Source of the DNA: Candidatus Brocadiaceae bacterium
Lineage (GTDB): Bacteria > Planctomycetota > Brocadiia > Brocadiales > Brocadiaceae
DNA length: 18,606 bases
Reading direction: 5' to 3'
Assembly: GCA_015661205.1 (NCBI GenBank)
Contig: JACVXV010000058.1
Location: 1 to 18,606 of the forward strand
Positions 1 to 7,509 of the stretch are shown here, piece after piece (the stretch's first letter is position 1; each line of letters opens with the position of its first letter). The translations under genes were made by a program, and so were the position numbers. Under the pieces are notes generated by a model. It searched no databases, was not told where the DNA came from, and was given only the letters and a program-made list of their open reading frames with translations.

Positions 1-82
1 AATTAAACAGCACGGAAACCATTTTTCCGGGTACGAATTTGCGCTTGGTATACGATTTGGTATCAAAATAATTTCCCCGAGG

Positions 83-1321
83 TCAGGATATCTGAACTTC
101 CACATCCCAGTTTAAATAATGGTTGCCGGGGACAATAATGCAACGTTGCGCAGACAATCTGAACTGTTTAACCATCTCTTTAAAAAATAGGTGCACCTGC
201 TCGTATTCTTGAGGCGTTCCCTTGTTGGTTAAATCACCCGATATGACCAGGTAGTCCAGTCGCTTATAGCCCAACCCCTCCTTTTCATCGGTTAAATCGC
301 TGATCAGCGGCTGCAATCTCACTGCCGGGTTGTCAGATTCACTGAAGTGCAGGTCGCTTAAATGCAAGATGCGCACAGGGGGGTGCTGTGTCTGCACCTC
401 CAACCTGCGCACCCATTCCCTGACGTCGTCATATGCCACCTTACCGCGTGTTGGGTCGAACAAAATCAGGGCAAGCGTCGTTTCCGGCAGAAAAAGCTGG
501 TTCACCAGCCGGTACTCATCCTGCCCGCCTAAATCCCTGAGAGATATCTCGCGCACCTCACCGGAGGGAGCAACCGCCTCAGGGTCTAACCGTTCGGACA
601 ATATCTTCCAGGTGCGCATCCCGTGCGTAGTCATCTGTTCTTCATAATCGCCCTTAGTCAGGCGAAGTGCCAGACATGACTTCCCGACGTTACTTTCTCC
701 CACTAACACGACCTTGGCACTTGTGTAACAGACAGGTACGGCAAACAGACCGTGACTCTCAACAGAGACGGTAGAAAGACCACTAATGGACGCGCCGACC
801 TCAGCTTTTATAATTAAGACGTCCGGCTTTCCAAGTTTTGTTGCTCCCAACGATACTTCAACAAACGGCTGTGCCATAAACCGGATTGCAACAAGATAGT
901 GTGGGGGCGGTATCTTGTTATGGGATTGCAACTCAGCGCCAGTTTCGGTATACCACACCTTGACGGTGCCGCCCACAGAACCAGAGGCAATCATGCGACT
1001 ATCGTATGAGAAGGATACCGACTGAACCGTGTCTCCATGACCTTCGAGCGTGCGCAAGAGTTTGCCCGTGTTTGCATCCCACACCCTGACGGTCTTGTCA
1101 TCAGAACCCGATGCAATCATGCAACCATCTGGGGAGAAGGCAACGGAATGGAAAGTGTCAGACGGTATATGTGCAGCAACGATACCCAGGTATGCGGTTG
1201 CAGGTGGGTGATGGATTTTATTTTGCTCATTTTGTGAACAAATCCTTTTAAAAAAGAGCAGCGGATTATGAATTCGGCTTAAGGTAACTATAAAATACCG
1301 CTCATAATTGCTTTTTACCAC
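83..1321 (-). CDS. Mosaic ORF: WD40 repeats, partial Roc/Ras-like GTPase (G1-G3 only) and N-terminal half of a calcineurin-like metallophosphoesterase; possible gene remnant or chimera
   Basis: Two clear WD40 repeats (SVAFSPDGCMIASGSDDKTVRVWD; SVSFSYDSRMIASGSVGGTVKVWY, about nt 947-1159). P-loop GESNVGKS (nt 677-700) and DLGGQDEY (G3), but no NKxD/SAK. Then metallophosphoesterase motifs LHLSDLHF (DxH), ISGDL (GD) and PGNHY (GNH-). The ORF opens with GTG and a non-protein-like 50-aa leader. It ends at TGA 83-85 straight after motif III. Confidence 0.45.
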   Translation of the reverse strand: MVKSNYERYFIVTLSRIHNPLLFFKRICSQNEQNKIHHPPATAYLGIVAAHIPSDTFHSVAFSPDGCMIASGSDDKTVRVWDANTGKLLRTLEGHGDTVQSVSFSYDSRMIASGSVGGTVKVWYTETGAELQSHNKIPPPHYLVAIRFMAQPFVEVSLGATKLGKPDVLIIKAEVGASISGLSTVSVESHGLFAVPVCYTSAKVVLVGESNVGKSCLALRLTKGDYEEQMTTHGMRTWKILSERLDPEAVAPSGEVREISLRDLGGQDEYRLVNQLFLPETTLALILFDPTRGKVAYDDVREWVRRLEVQTQHPPVRILHLSDLHFSESDNPAVRLQPLISDLTDEKEGLGYKRLDYLVISGDLTNKGTPQEYEQVHLFFKEMVKQFRLSAQRCIIVPGNHYLNWDVEVQIS

Positions 1322-1366
1322 TACTTTTTTCTTACTTATAAAATATATGCATCATTTATAAGAAAA

Positions 1367-1462
1367 CCGTAGGGTAGGCATCGCCCACCATTTGCATGCA
1401 CGAGCGTGTTTGGGTGTGTGGCGTTTGTAAGGCAGGTTGTTTATTGGCAGGCAGTGCCTTGT
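1367..1462. repeat. About 95-bp dispersed repeat, copy A (direct repeat partner of 2189-2286)
   Basis: Hand alignment to 2189-2286 gives about 88 percent identity (about 11 differences, mostly transitions, plus 1 indel). Shared core: CCACCATTTG.ATGCAC.AG.GTGTTTGGGTGTGTGGC..TTGTAAGG..GGTTGTTTATTGGCAGGCAGTGCCT. The ends can pair (ccgtagg 1367-1373 with cctacgg 1463-1469). Confidence 0.8.
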
Positions 1463-1523
1463 CCTACGGGCTCATCTAAGAGATTGACTTGGACTTTTGT
1501 ATTGCAACAACAAAAACGATGAT

Positions 1524-1829
1524 TCAAACAGCCAAAGGGAGGGATTTTAGGCTTTTTATTGAATTGATTTCCTTTTCTTTTGTAGACATTTCTTCTCTTA
1601 AATCATATTCCATCTGAAGACCCAGCCAGAAATCCGGCGTTGTACCAAAGAACTTTGAAAGGCGTAGCGCCGTATCCGCCGTGATCCGCCTTTTCCCTTT
1701 TATTATTTCAGATACCCTTGTCGGCGGCATTTTAGCTTCTTTCGCAAGTCTGTAAGCAGAAATATGGAAATCCTTGAGGAATTCTTCCTCAAGGATTTCT
1801 CCAGGATGAATATTAGGAACTTTTTTCAC
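1524..1829 (-). CDS. higA: HigA-family antitoxin (XRE-type helix-turn-helix)
   Basis: 101 aa. IHPGEILEEEFL...ISAYRLAKEAKMPPTRVSEIIKGKRRITADTALRLSKFFGTTPDFWLGLQMEYDL is the canonical HigA/VapI antidote signature. The GTG start overlaps the higB stop (GTGA, 1826-1829). Confidence 0.9.
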   Translation of the reverse strand: MKKVPNIHPGEILEEEFLKDFHISAYRLAKEAKMPPTRVSEIIKGKRRITADTALRLSKFFGTTPDFWLGLQMEYDLREEMSTKEKEINSIKSLKSLPLAV

Positions 1830-2125
1830 TTAAAACACCTTTCTAAATGGTAATCGACAATTTCTACGTCAGATGCGTTTGCATTATTCCAAATAAAGCA
1901 AATTCTCCATTGGTCATTTATTCGTATGCTGTATTGACCGATTCTATCGACTTTAAGTTTTTCCAGGCAATTTGCAGGCGGTATTCTCAAATCCTGCAAT
2001 TCCTTTGCCCTGTGGAGCATAAATAGTTTTCTTAAAGCAATGCGCTGAATAGAAATCGGAAACCTCAGCGATCTCTCCTGATTCCATATCTTTTCAGTTT
2101 CTTTGCATTTAAACGATAATATCAC
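1826..2125 (-). CDS. higB: HigB-family toxin (RelE/ParE superfamily, plasmid maintenance system killer type)
   Basis: ILSFKCKETEKIW...LRKLFMLHRAKELQDLRIPPANCLEKLKVDRIGQYSIRINDQWRICFIW...VEIVDYH matches the HigB family layout. The listed ORF (to 2215) runs into repeat copy B. I prefer the GTG at 2125 (GTG GTG ATA), which gives the family-typical M-I-x-S-F-K N-terminus, with TATTATA just upstream. The exact start is uncertain. Confidence 0.8.
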   Translation of the reverse strand: MILSFKCKETEKIWNQERSLRFPISIQRIALRKLFMLHRAKELQDLRIPPANCLEKLKVDRIGQYSIRINDQWRICFIWNNANASDVEIVDYHLERCFK

Positions 2126-2188
2126 CACGCTATAATAACGGTCGAAGATAATAACGTCAAGCAGGATTACTTGTTTTTGCCAGCCAAA

Positions 2189-2286
2189 CCCAGTAGGGTG
2201 GGCATTGTCCACCATTTGTATGCACTAGTGTGTTTGGGTGTGTGGCACTTGTAAGGATGGTTGTTTATTGGCAGGCAGTGCCTGCC
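2189..2286. repeat. About 95-bp dispersed repeat, copy B (direct repeat partner of 1367-1462)
   Basis: See copy A. It lies immediately upstream (minus sense) of higB, whereas copy A lies immediately upstream of the mosaic ORF. Confidence 0.8.
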
Positions 2287-2318
2287 CTCTTTTGCTGAAG
2301 AACTATAGCTGCATAAAC

Positions 2319-2394
2319 GGCATAGAGGCTTTTGGCTATGTCCCGTAGGGACAGATGGAAATAGCCCACCGATTTATCGGTGGGACACTATGCC
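2319..2394. other. 76-nt multi-hairpin element (closing stem plus two internal hairpins), function unknown
   Basis: GGCATAG (2319-2325) pairs perfectly with CTATGCC (2388-2394). Inside are hairpin GTCCC-gta-GGGAC (2340-2352) and a 9-bp hairpin CCCACCGAT-tt-ATCGGTGGG (2365-2384). Confidence 0.3.
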
Positions 2395-2538
2395 AGGATT
2401 TTCAGTCGCATAGGGACGGCTGATTGCATTGACGTTTTGTTCACCTATCCGTCCGCTCTAAAAAACTTCACAGCATGCAACTTTGGCGGTCTGATCGACG
2501 AAAATAAAAAGTGCTTGATTGCTCCTTGAAGCATGGTA

Positions 2539-3225
2539 CTAACCAAGCAGTTCATGGATGTGTTTGATTGAATAGTCAGGTTTAACCTGTTTGTGCGTTT
2601 CTTTGAGATATGCTTTATAGTGTCTGCCGTATTCAAACATCACGGTAATCATGCCTAATGTTTTACCGGTCAGCAGTTCGTCGTCGCACTTATCCCCTAC
2701 GCAAACAATTTCTTCCGGCTTAAGATTATATTTTTGCATTATTTGTTTGAAACAGCTTCTTTTGGTATGGCCGAGTTCCCGGTCGGTAATCATCATTTCA
2801 TCAAAGTAGCCGCCATGTAAGCCTAATATTTCTATTTTCTGTGTCTGTATTCTGTCTTCTCCAGAAGTAACCAGGAAAAGCTTGTAGCCTTGTGATTTGA
2901 GCTTTAACAGGGTATCGGTGACGTCAGGGAAAAGCGCGATGTTGGAGATTTCTACGCGAACAAATTCTTCTAATAATTCCTTTGCGCACGTTTGAGGAAG
3001 TCCGTGAAGTAACGCCAATTTTTCATAGATGTTTGCCTTTGTTCCGTACTTTTCTTCCAACTCCTGTTGAAGGAGGTATGCCTTTTCTTCCGTGCAATTG
3101 ATTAATCCGGCAATGGTTTTTGCAACCCGTCTTCTACCGCGTACTACAAGCGTGTTGCTGCAGTCGTAGAGGGTGTCGTCCAGGTCGATGATGAATGCCT
3201 TGATTTGTTCAGATTTAGTGAGCAT
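2539..3225 (-). CDS. HAD-superfamily hydrolase (phosphatase-like)
   Basis: 228 aa. Motif I IIDLDDTLYD (DxDxT), motif II LFLVTSG, motif IV VCVGDKCDDE. ATG at 3225. Confidence 0.85.
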   Translation of the reverse strand: MLTKSEQIKAFIIDLDDTLYDCSNTLVVRGRRRVAKTIAGLINCTEEKAYLLQQELEEKYGTKANIYEKLALLHGLPQTCAKELLEEFVRVEISNIALFPDVTDTLLKLKSQGYKLFLVTSGEDRIQTQKIEILGLHGGYFDEMMITDRELGHTKRSCFKQIMQKYNLKPEEIVCVGDKCDDELLTGKTLGMITVMFEYGRHYKAYLKETHKQVKPDYSIKHIHELLG

Positions 3226-3348
3226 GTTAATGTTTGTAATGGTTTAAACAGGTATTAAACAAAGTCAGGTTGTAAGAAGGAATTAAGAATACCCATTCCT
3301 CCCGTTAAATTTAAGCCTTTTAGATAGCAAGATTACTACCGTTTCTTC

Positions 3349-3535
3349 AGCCCCGAAGGGGCGACCTGTTTGTAGCATTAAACGCAAACCGATGAATTTA
3401 GCTCCGTAGAAGCGGCCTGTTATTTATGCCAAACAGCGGACGCATAGTTTTCTAAATGCATATAACAGGCCGCTCCTACGGAGTTTTTAATGTGTTTCAA
3501 TTCCATTACTACAAACAGACCGCCCCTCCGGGGCT
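3349..3535. repeat. 187-bp nested inverted repeat built from four copies of an about 22-nt motif (two forward, two reverse)
   Basis: Outer arms 3349-3375 and 3509-3535 pair at 24/27. Inner arms 3401-3423 and 3462-3484 pair at about 21/23. The 25-nt segments between the arms are unrelated. Each outer arm carries a GCCCC-GNA-GGGGC hairpin followed by CTGTTTGT. Confidence 0.8.
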
Positions 3536-3622
3536 ATATTCATTCGTATCCGCTGGCATTCGTACCGTAATTGGCCACCATGCCGGACAAACAAGGTTTG
3601 TCAACGTTATCCCAAGAATCGC

Positions 3623-5320
3623 TTACCTTAAATAAGCATCCGTCACATATCTGCGCATCATACGATGGCAATTGAAATAATAGGCGATCTTACCAATAGA
3701 GTTTTTCATGATTTTTATCCATTGGTTTTTATCGTGATAGTACGTTGGGATAATGATGTTTTCAAGTTTATGGTATAAATCATCAGAATCTGCGGTATCG
3801 GTGGTGTTTGTCAAAGAGGATTCTGTCGGTTTTGGACCGATAGACCAACCAGTAACGCCCTCAATATGACCCTCAATCCACCACCCGTCAAGCACGCTGA
3901 AGTTTATTACCCCATTATGCGCTGCTTTCATACCGCTGGTGCCTGACGCCTCGCGCGGGCGTAAAGGGGTGTTAAGCCATACATCTACCCCGGAAACCAA
4001 TTTTAAGGCCATAGACATCTGGTAATTCTTCAGAAAAACGATTTTGATATTGTTGTCTATCGTCTTACTGAAATCAATGATTCTTTTTATAATGTCCTTG
4101 CCGGGAAGGTCTTTCGGGTGCGCTTTTCCCGCGAAGACGATCTGGAATTTTTCCTTTTTCCCGATTTTCATAAGCCTTTCCAGGTCTGAAAAGATTAAAT
4201 CAGCCCGCTTGTAAGAGGTAAACCTCCGTGCAAAGCCAATGGTCAAAACGTCAGGATTTAATTCCACGCCGGTGGTGTTCTTTACAAAGTCACACAGGTC
4301 TTTTTTTGCGCAACGATGTGCCGTCCATAATTCCTCATCCGGGATAATTTCAGCGCGGACGAACAGTTCCGGCTCGTTTGCCCAACCGTGTATGTATTTG
4401 TCGTACAATCGCTGAAAATTTTCACACGTCCACGTAAACGAGTGAACACCGTTGGTAATTGCGTTGATTTCGTAACCTGGGAACAATGCCTTAGAGACCT
4501 CGCCGTGTTTTTTTGCAACGCCATTAATATAGTTGCTCAAATTTAATGCAAGGAGGGTCATATTGAGGGATTGTTCCCCGCCCAGTTTTTTTAATAGTGT
4601 TAAGGGTATAATCTCGCCGAGTACCTTTTTTACCAGGTCGTAAGAAAACCGGTCATGGCCGGCCTCAATAGGGGTGTGGGTTGTGAACACACAGAGGTCT
4701 TTAACGGTATCTATGTCCCAAACCCAGCGTTCGTCCCAAACGCTTTCAATGTCTCGTTTGTGGCGTAGCAGAAGCTCAAGGGTTAAAAAACTGGCGTGGC
4801 CTTCGTTCATGTGATACTTTTTAATCTGATAACCAAGCGCATGGAGCATCCTTACCCCTCCGATACCCAATACGACCTCTTGCTTTAAACGGTAACGTTC
4901 GTCGCCTCCATAAAGCACGGCGGTAATCTCGCGATCTTCCGTGGTGTTTTCCGGAACGTCGGTATCGAGATACAGTACGGCTACTTCCCCTCCGGTAACG
5001 CTTTTTACCATATAGCACCACGCCTGAATGGAGACGTCACGGCCTTCTATTTTAACCACAACCCTCTTGGTCTGCCGGGTCATAAGCCGGAATGGGTCCC
5101 ATTCAACGGGATGCTCAATCTGTCTTCCCTCGTTGTCGATGTCTTGTTGAAAAAATCCTTTTTTGGATAAGAGGGTTACTGCTACGAGGGGGATTTTAAG
5201 GTCGGCGCCGGATTTGATGGTGTCTCCAGCCAGGACTCCGAGACCGCCGCTGTACGTGGGGATGTCGTTAGAAAGGCCAATTTCCATAGAAAAATAAGCA
5301 ATTTTTAATTCAGTATTCAT
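3623..5320 (-). CDS. glgP: Alpha-glucan (glycogen/maltodextrin) phosphorylase, GT35 family, short form
   Basis: 565 aa. N-terminal FSMEIGLSNDIPTYSGGLGVLAGDTIKSGADL and C-terminal EASGTSGMKAAHNGVINFSVLDGWW (PLP-lysine motif). ATG at 5320, 16 nt after the lpd stop. Confidence 0.9.
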   Translation of the reverse strand: MNTELKIAYFSMEIGLSNDIPTYSGGLGVLAGDTIKSGADLKIPLVAVTLLSKKGFFQQDIDNEGRQIEHPVEWDPFRLMTRQTKRVVVKIEGRDVSIQAWCYMVKSVTGGEVAVLYLDTDVPENTTEDREITAVLYGGDERYRLKQEVVLGIGGVRMLHALGYQIKKYHMNEGHASFLTLELLLRHKRDIESVWDERWVWDIDTVKDLCVFTTHTPIEAGHDRFSYDLVKKVLGEIIPLTLLKKLGGEQSLNMTLLALNLSNYINGVAKKHGEVSKALFPGYEINAITNGVHSFTWTCENFQRLYDKYIHGWANEPELFVRAEIIPDEELWTAHRCAKKDLCDFVKNTTGVELNPDVLTIGFARRFTSYKRADLIFSDLERLMKIGKKEKFQIVFAGKAHPKDLPGKDIIKRIIDFSKTIDNNIKIVFLKNYQMSMALKLVSGVDVWLNTPLRPREASGTSGMKAAHNGVINFSVLDGWWIEGHIEGVTGWSIGPKPTESSLTNTTDTADSDDLYHKLENIIIPTYYHDKNQWIKIMKNSIGKIAYYFNCHRMMRRYVTDAYLR

Positions 5321-5336
5321 AAGGTAGTTGTGCTAT

Positions 5337-6767
5337 TTAGATGTGTAACGATTTACCAAAAGTTGCGAGAGAGGCTTCCCAAATTGCCTCAGAAAGGGTT
5401 GGATGGGGAAATATGGCGTGAGAGACGTCAGCGGCGCTTCCCTTCAGGCTAGCGGCAAGCGAAGAACCCCACATCATTTCCCCTACATTTGGGCCAATGG
5501 CATGCATTCCTAATAATTGACCGTTCTTTTCATCGGTGATAATCTTTACGAATCCGTCTTCGTACTCTCCCTGGATAATTGCTTTGCTGTTTGCAATGAA
5601 TGGGAATCTTCCCGTCTTTACCTTGTACCCGTTGTTTTCCGCTTCAACCTGGGTGAGTCCCATGCTCGCCACCTCAGGATAACAGTAGGTCACTCGTGGT
5701 ATATTGGCATAGTTGATGGGAGCAGTTTCCTTACCGGAAATAGCAGAAACAGCGCGCAAACCCTCGGCTGACGCCTTGTGGGCAAGCAGGGGGGGGCCGG
5801 CAATGTCTCCTATGGCAAAAAGGCCTTTTTGCTCCGTTTCCATTACCCCGTTTGTTTGTAAATATTTCCCCTTATATGGTAACGAAAATGCCTCTATTCC
5901 CAAGTCAGACAAGTTAGGCGTTCTGCCCAATGCGAGAAGTAACTGATCGGCTTTAAAGCAGGTATCGTTGGGATGAATAGGGGGGGGGATTGTATCTGCG
6001 TTTCTTCGTATTGATACGTTAACTCCGCTATTAATTTCAACTTTTTCCAGCGAGGCATTTGTTACAATCTCTATGCCTCTCTTTGCAAACGTTTTCTTCA
6101 GGGTCTCTCTGACTTCCTTATCTTCAGCGGGCAGGATGTCAGGTGAAAGCTCGATTATGGTTACCCGTGCGCCAAGGATGTTGTAAAGATGGGCAAATTC
6201 TACCCCCAAAGAGCCTCCGCCTGCAATGATGATTGATTTTGGAACTTCTTCGCACTTCAGGGCGTCATCACTCGTAAGTACAAACTTCCCATCATAAGGG
6301 ATTGTTTGCGGGATAGCCGGTTTTGAGCCGGTGGCAAGGATGACGTTCTTTGCCGTAATCTCCGCAACGTCGATACCCTCTTTTTTTACGATAACGTTAT
6401 TGGGAGAAGTGAGTTGCCCTTTGCCCTCAAAAACATCCACGCCATTTTTTTTGAGGAGGAATTGTATCCCCTGGAATAGCCGCCTGATAATGGCTTCTTT
6501 ACGGCGATGAAATTGAGGGTAATTAAACGCCAGTTTATCAATGACAATTCCATACTCACTTACCTTCAGTAGCTTCCGATACATGTCTGCGGAATAAAGT
6601 AACGCCTTTGTTGGAATGCACCCCTGATGTAAGCACGCGCCACCAATCTTGTTTTTTTCAACAAGCGCGGTCTTTATTCCCAACTGGGACGCCTTGATTG
6701 CCGCGACGTAACCACCCGGTCCACCGCCGATAATTAACAAATCGTAGGCAGAGTTTCTTCCGGGCAA
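5337..6767 (-). CDS. lpdA: Dihydrolipoyl (dihydrolipoamide) dehydrogenase, E3 component
   Basis: 476 aa. FAD fold DLLIIGGGPGGYVAA, redox-active disulfide GGACLHQGCIPTK, C-terminal HPHPTLSEA interface motif. TTG start at 6767, preceded by AAGGAGGAG with 5-nt spacing. Confidence 0.9.
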   Translation of the reverse strand: MPGRNSAYDLLIIGGGPGGYVAAIKASQLGIKTALVEKNKIGGACLHQGCIPTKALLYSADMYRKLLKVSEYGIVIDKLAFNYPQFHRRKEAIIRRLFQGIQFLLKKNGVDVFEGKGQLTSPNNVIVKKEGIDVAEITAKNVILATGSKPAIPQTIPYDGKFVLTSDDALKCEEVPKSIIIAGGGSLGVEFAHLYNILGARVTIIELSPDILPAEDKEVRETLKKTFAKRGIEIVTNASLEKVEINSGVNVSIRRNADTIPPPIHPNDTCFKADQLLLALGRTPNLSDLGIEAFSLPYKGKYLQTNGVMETEQKGLFAIGDIAGPPLLAHKASAEGLRAVSAISGKETAPINYANIPRVTYCYPEVASMGLTQVEAENNGYKVKTGRFPFIANSKAIIQGEYEDGFVKIITDEKNGQLLGMHAIGPNVGEMMWGSSLAASLKGSAADVSHAIFPHPTLSEAIWEASLATFGKSLHI

Positions 6768-6896
6768 TTACTCCTCCTTTTTCCAGGTAAACAGGATGAC
6801 GAAGATTAGGGCGCAGGTGGTTATCAAAATTACCTTGGGACTGATATCAGGAATAATAGACTTTTCCATAGAAAGTGATAAAAGCTTACCGATCAT
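6768..6896 (-). CDS. Small single-pass membrane protein (42 aa), not in the supplied ORF track
   Basis: My translation: MIGKLLSLSMEKSIIPDISPKVILITTCALIFVILFTWKKEE. ATG (6896-6894) is preceded by AAAGGAGGAATTTTTT. The TAA stop (6770-6768) abuts the TTG start of lpd. It has a hydrophobic helix followed by a KKEE tail. Confidence 0.5.
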   Translation of the reverse strand: MIGKLLSLSMEKSIIPDISPKVILITTCALIFVILFTWKKEE

Positions 6897-6965
6897 AAAA
6901 AATTCCTCCTTTTTAAGTTGAATGGTTATTTATTACAGCAATACAGAATAAACATCTAATTACAA

Positions 6966-7433
6966 TCACTGACATGAAACAAATGTGACAGTACCACTAC
7001 CATAGCCAGACTCGACTCCTGTATCGAATGTTTCATGGACTATTTTTTGCTCTGTTCCATTAAGTGTAGCCGCATCTAATATTACATATATGTGTCCAGT
7101 GCTCATAAAATCTACGGTATCGCCTCTAGTGGAAACGAGTGTCATCAGGATGCTATCTTTCCCCATTTCTCTATTCATTTCTGCGCTGCCCATAACCGAG
7201 GAGACACCTCCATCAGTCCTCATAAATCTGCCATTACAGAGATAATGGTTTTCCCCCATATTGGTGATTCTCAGTGTCCGCACGCCAGCTAAGGAACCAT
7301 CACCACGATATACGTTCCAGCATCTCGTTCCTTTATGGCGCGGCCATGGTACTGAGGCCCAACTACTTGCAATGAAAGATAAGCTTATTAGACAAACCAA
7401 AAAAATAAAGCTGCAAAGACGGATAATCTTCAT
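6966..7433 (-). CDS. Secreted hypothetical protein (signal peptide, beta-rich, 3 Cys)
   Basis: Start moved to the internal ATG at 7433 (MKIIRLCSFIFLVCLISLSFIASSWA/SVPW), which is preceded by AAAGGAGAGG. It has a classical n-h-c signal peptide with an SWA cleavage context. I recognise no family. Confidence 0.6.
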   Translation of the reverse strand: MKIIRLCSFIFLVCLISLSFIASSWASVPWPRHKGTRCWNVYRGDGSLAGVRTLRITNMGENHYLCNGRFMRTDGGVSSVMGSAEMNREMGKDSILMTLVSTRGDTVDFMSTGHIYVILDAATLNGTEQKIVHETFDTGVESGYGSGTVTFVSCQ

Positions 7434-7509
7434 CTGAACCTCTCCTTTCTGAAATGATTTAATCATACAGATTAGCGGTGATAAAAGAACGAAACAATTT
7501 CAGACTGTC

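Noticed and set aside
83-85. In-frame TGA followed by 27 more open codons to the window edge, considered as selenocysteine or readthrough
   Set aside because: An open stretch of 27 codons is easily chance (roughly one in four). No SECIS-like hairpin is evident, and the downstream peptide shows no phosphoesterase motif IV/V.
2319-2394. 76-nt element with a perfect 7-bp closing stem considered as a tRNA
   Set aside because: The internal hairpins have a 3-nt loop and a 9-bp stem. There is no 7-nt anticodon loop, no GTTCGAATC-type T-loop and no D-arm on either strand.
1367-3481. Recurrent CCGTAGG/CCTACGG heptamer in several intergenic repeats (1367, 1463, 2343, 3475), considered as a common signature motif
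   Set aside because: About two occurrences of any heptamer are expected by chance in 18.6 kb on both strands, and I could not exhaustively scan the coding regions by eye, so enrichment is not supportable.
3494-3516. GTTTCAATTCCATTACTACAAAC resembles a CRISPR repeat (GTTTCAAT start; its reverse complement ends ATTGAAAC)
   Set aside because: It is a single occurrence with no regularly spaced identical copies or unique spacers. It sits inside the variable segment of the 3349-3535 inverted repeat, and no cas genes are in the window.
5337-6767. Orphan dihydrolipoyl dehydrogenase considered as part of the neighbouring lipid pathway
   Set aside because: It is separated from the operon by four unrelated genes (secreted protein, two Uma2 genes, mini-ORF) and is instead coupled to glgP. 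Stand-alone E3 genes are common.
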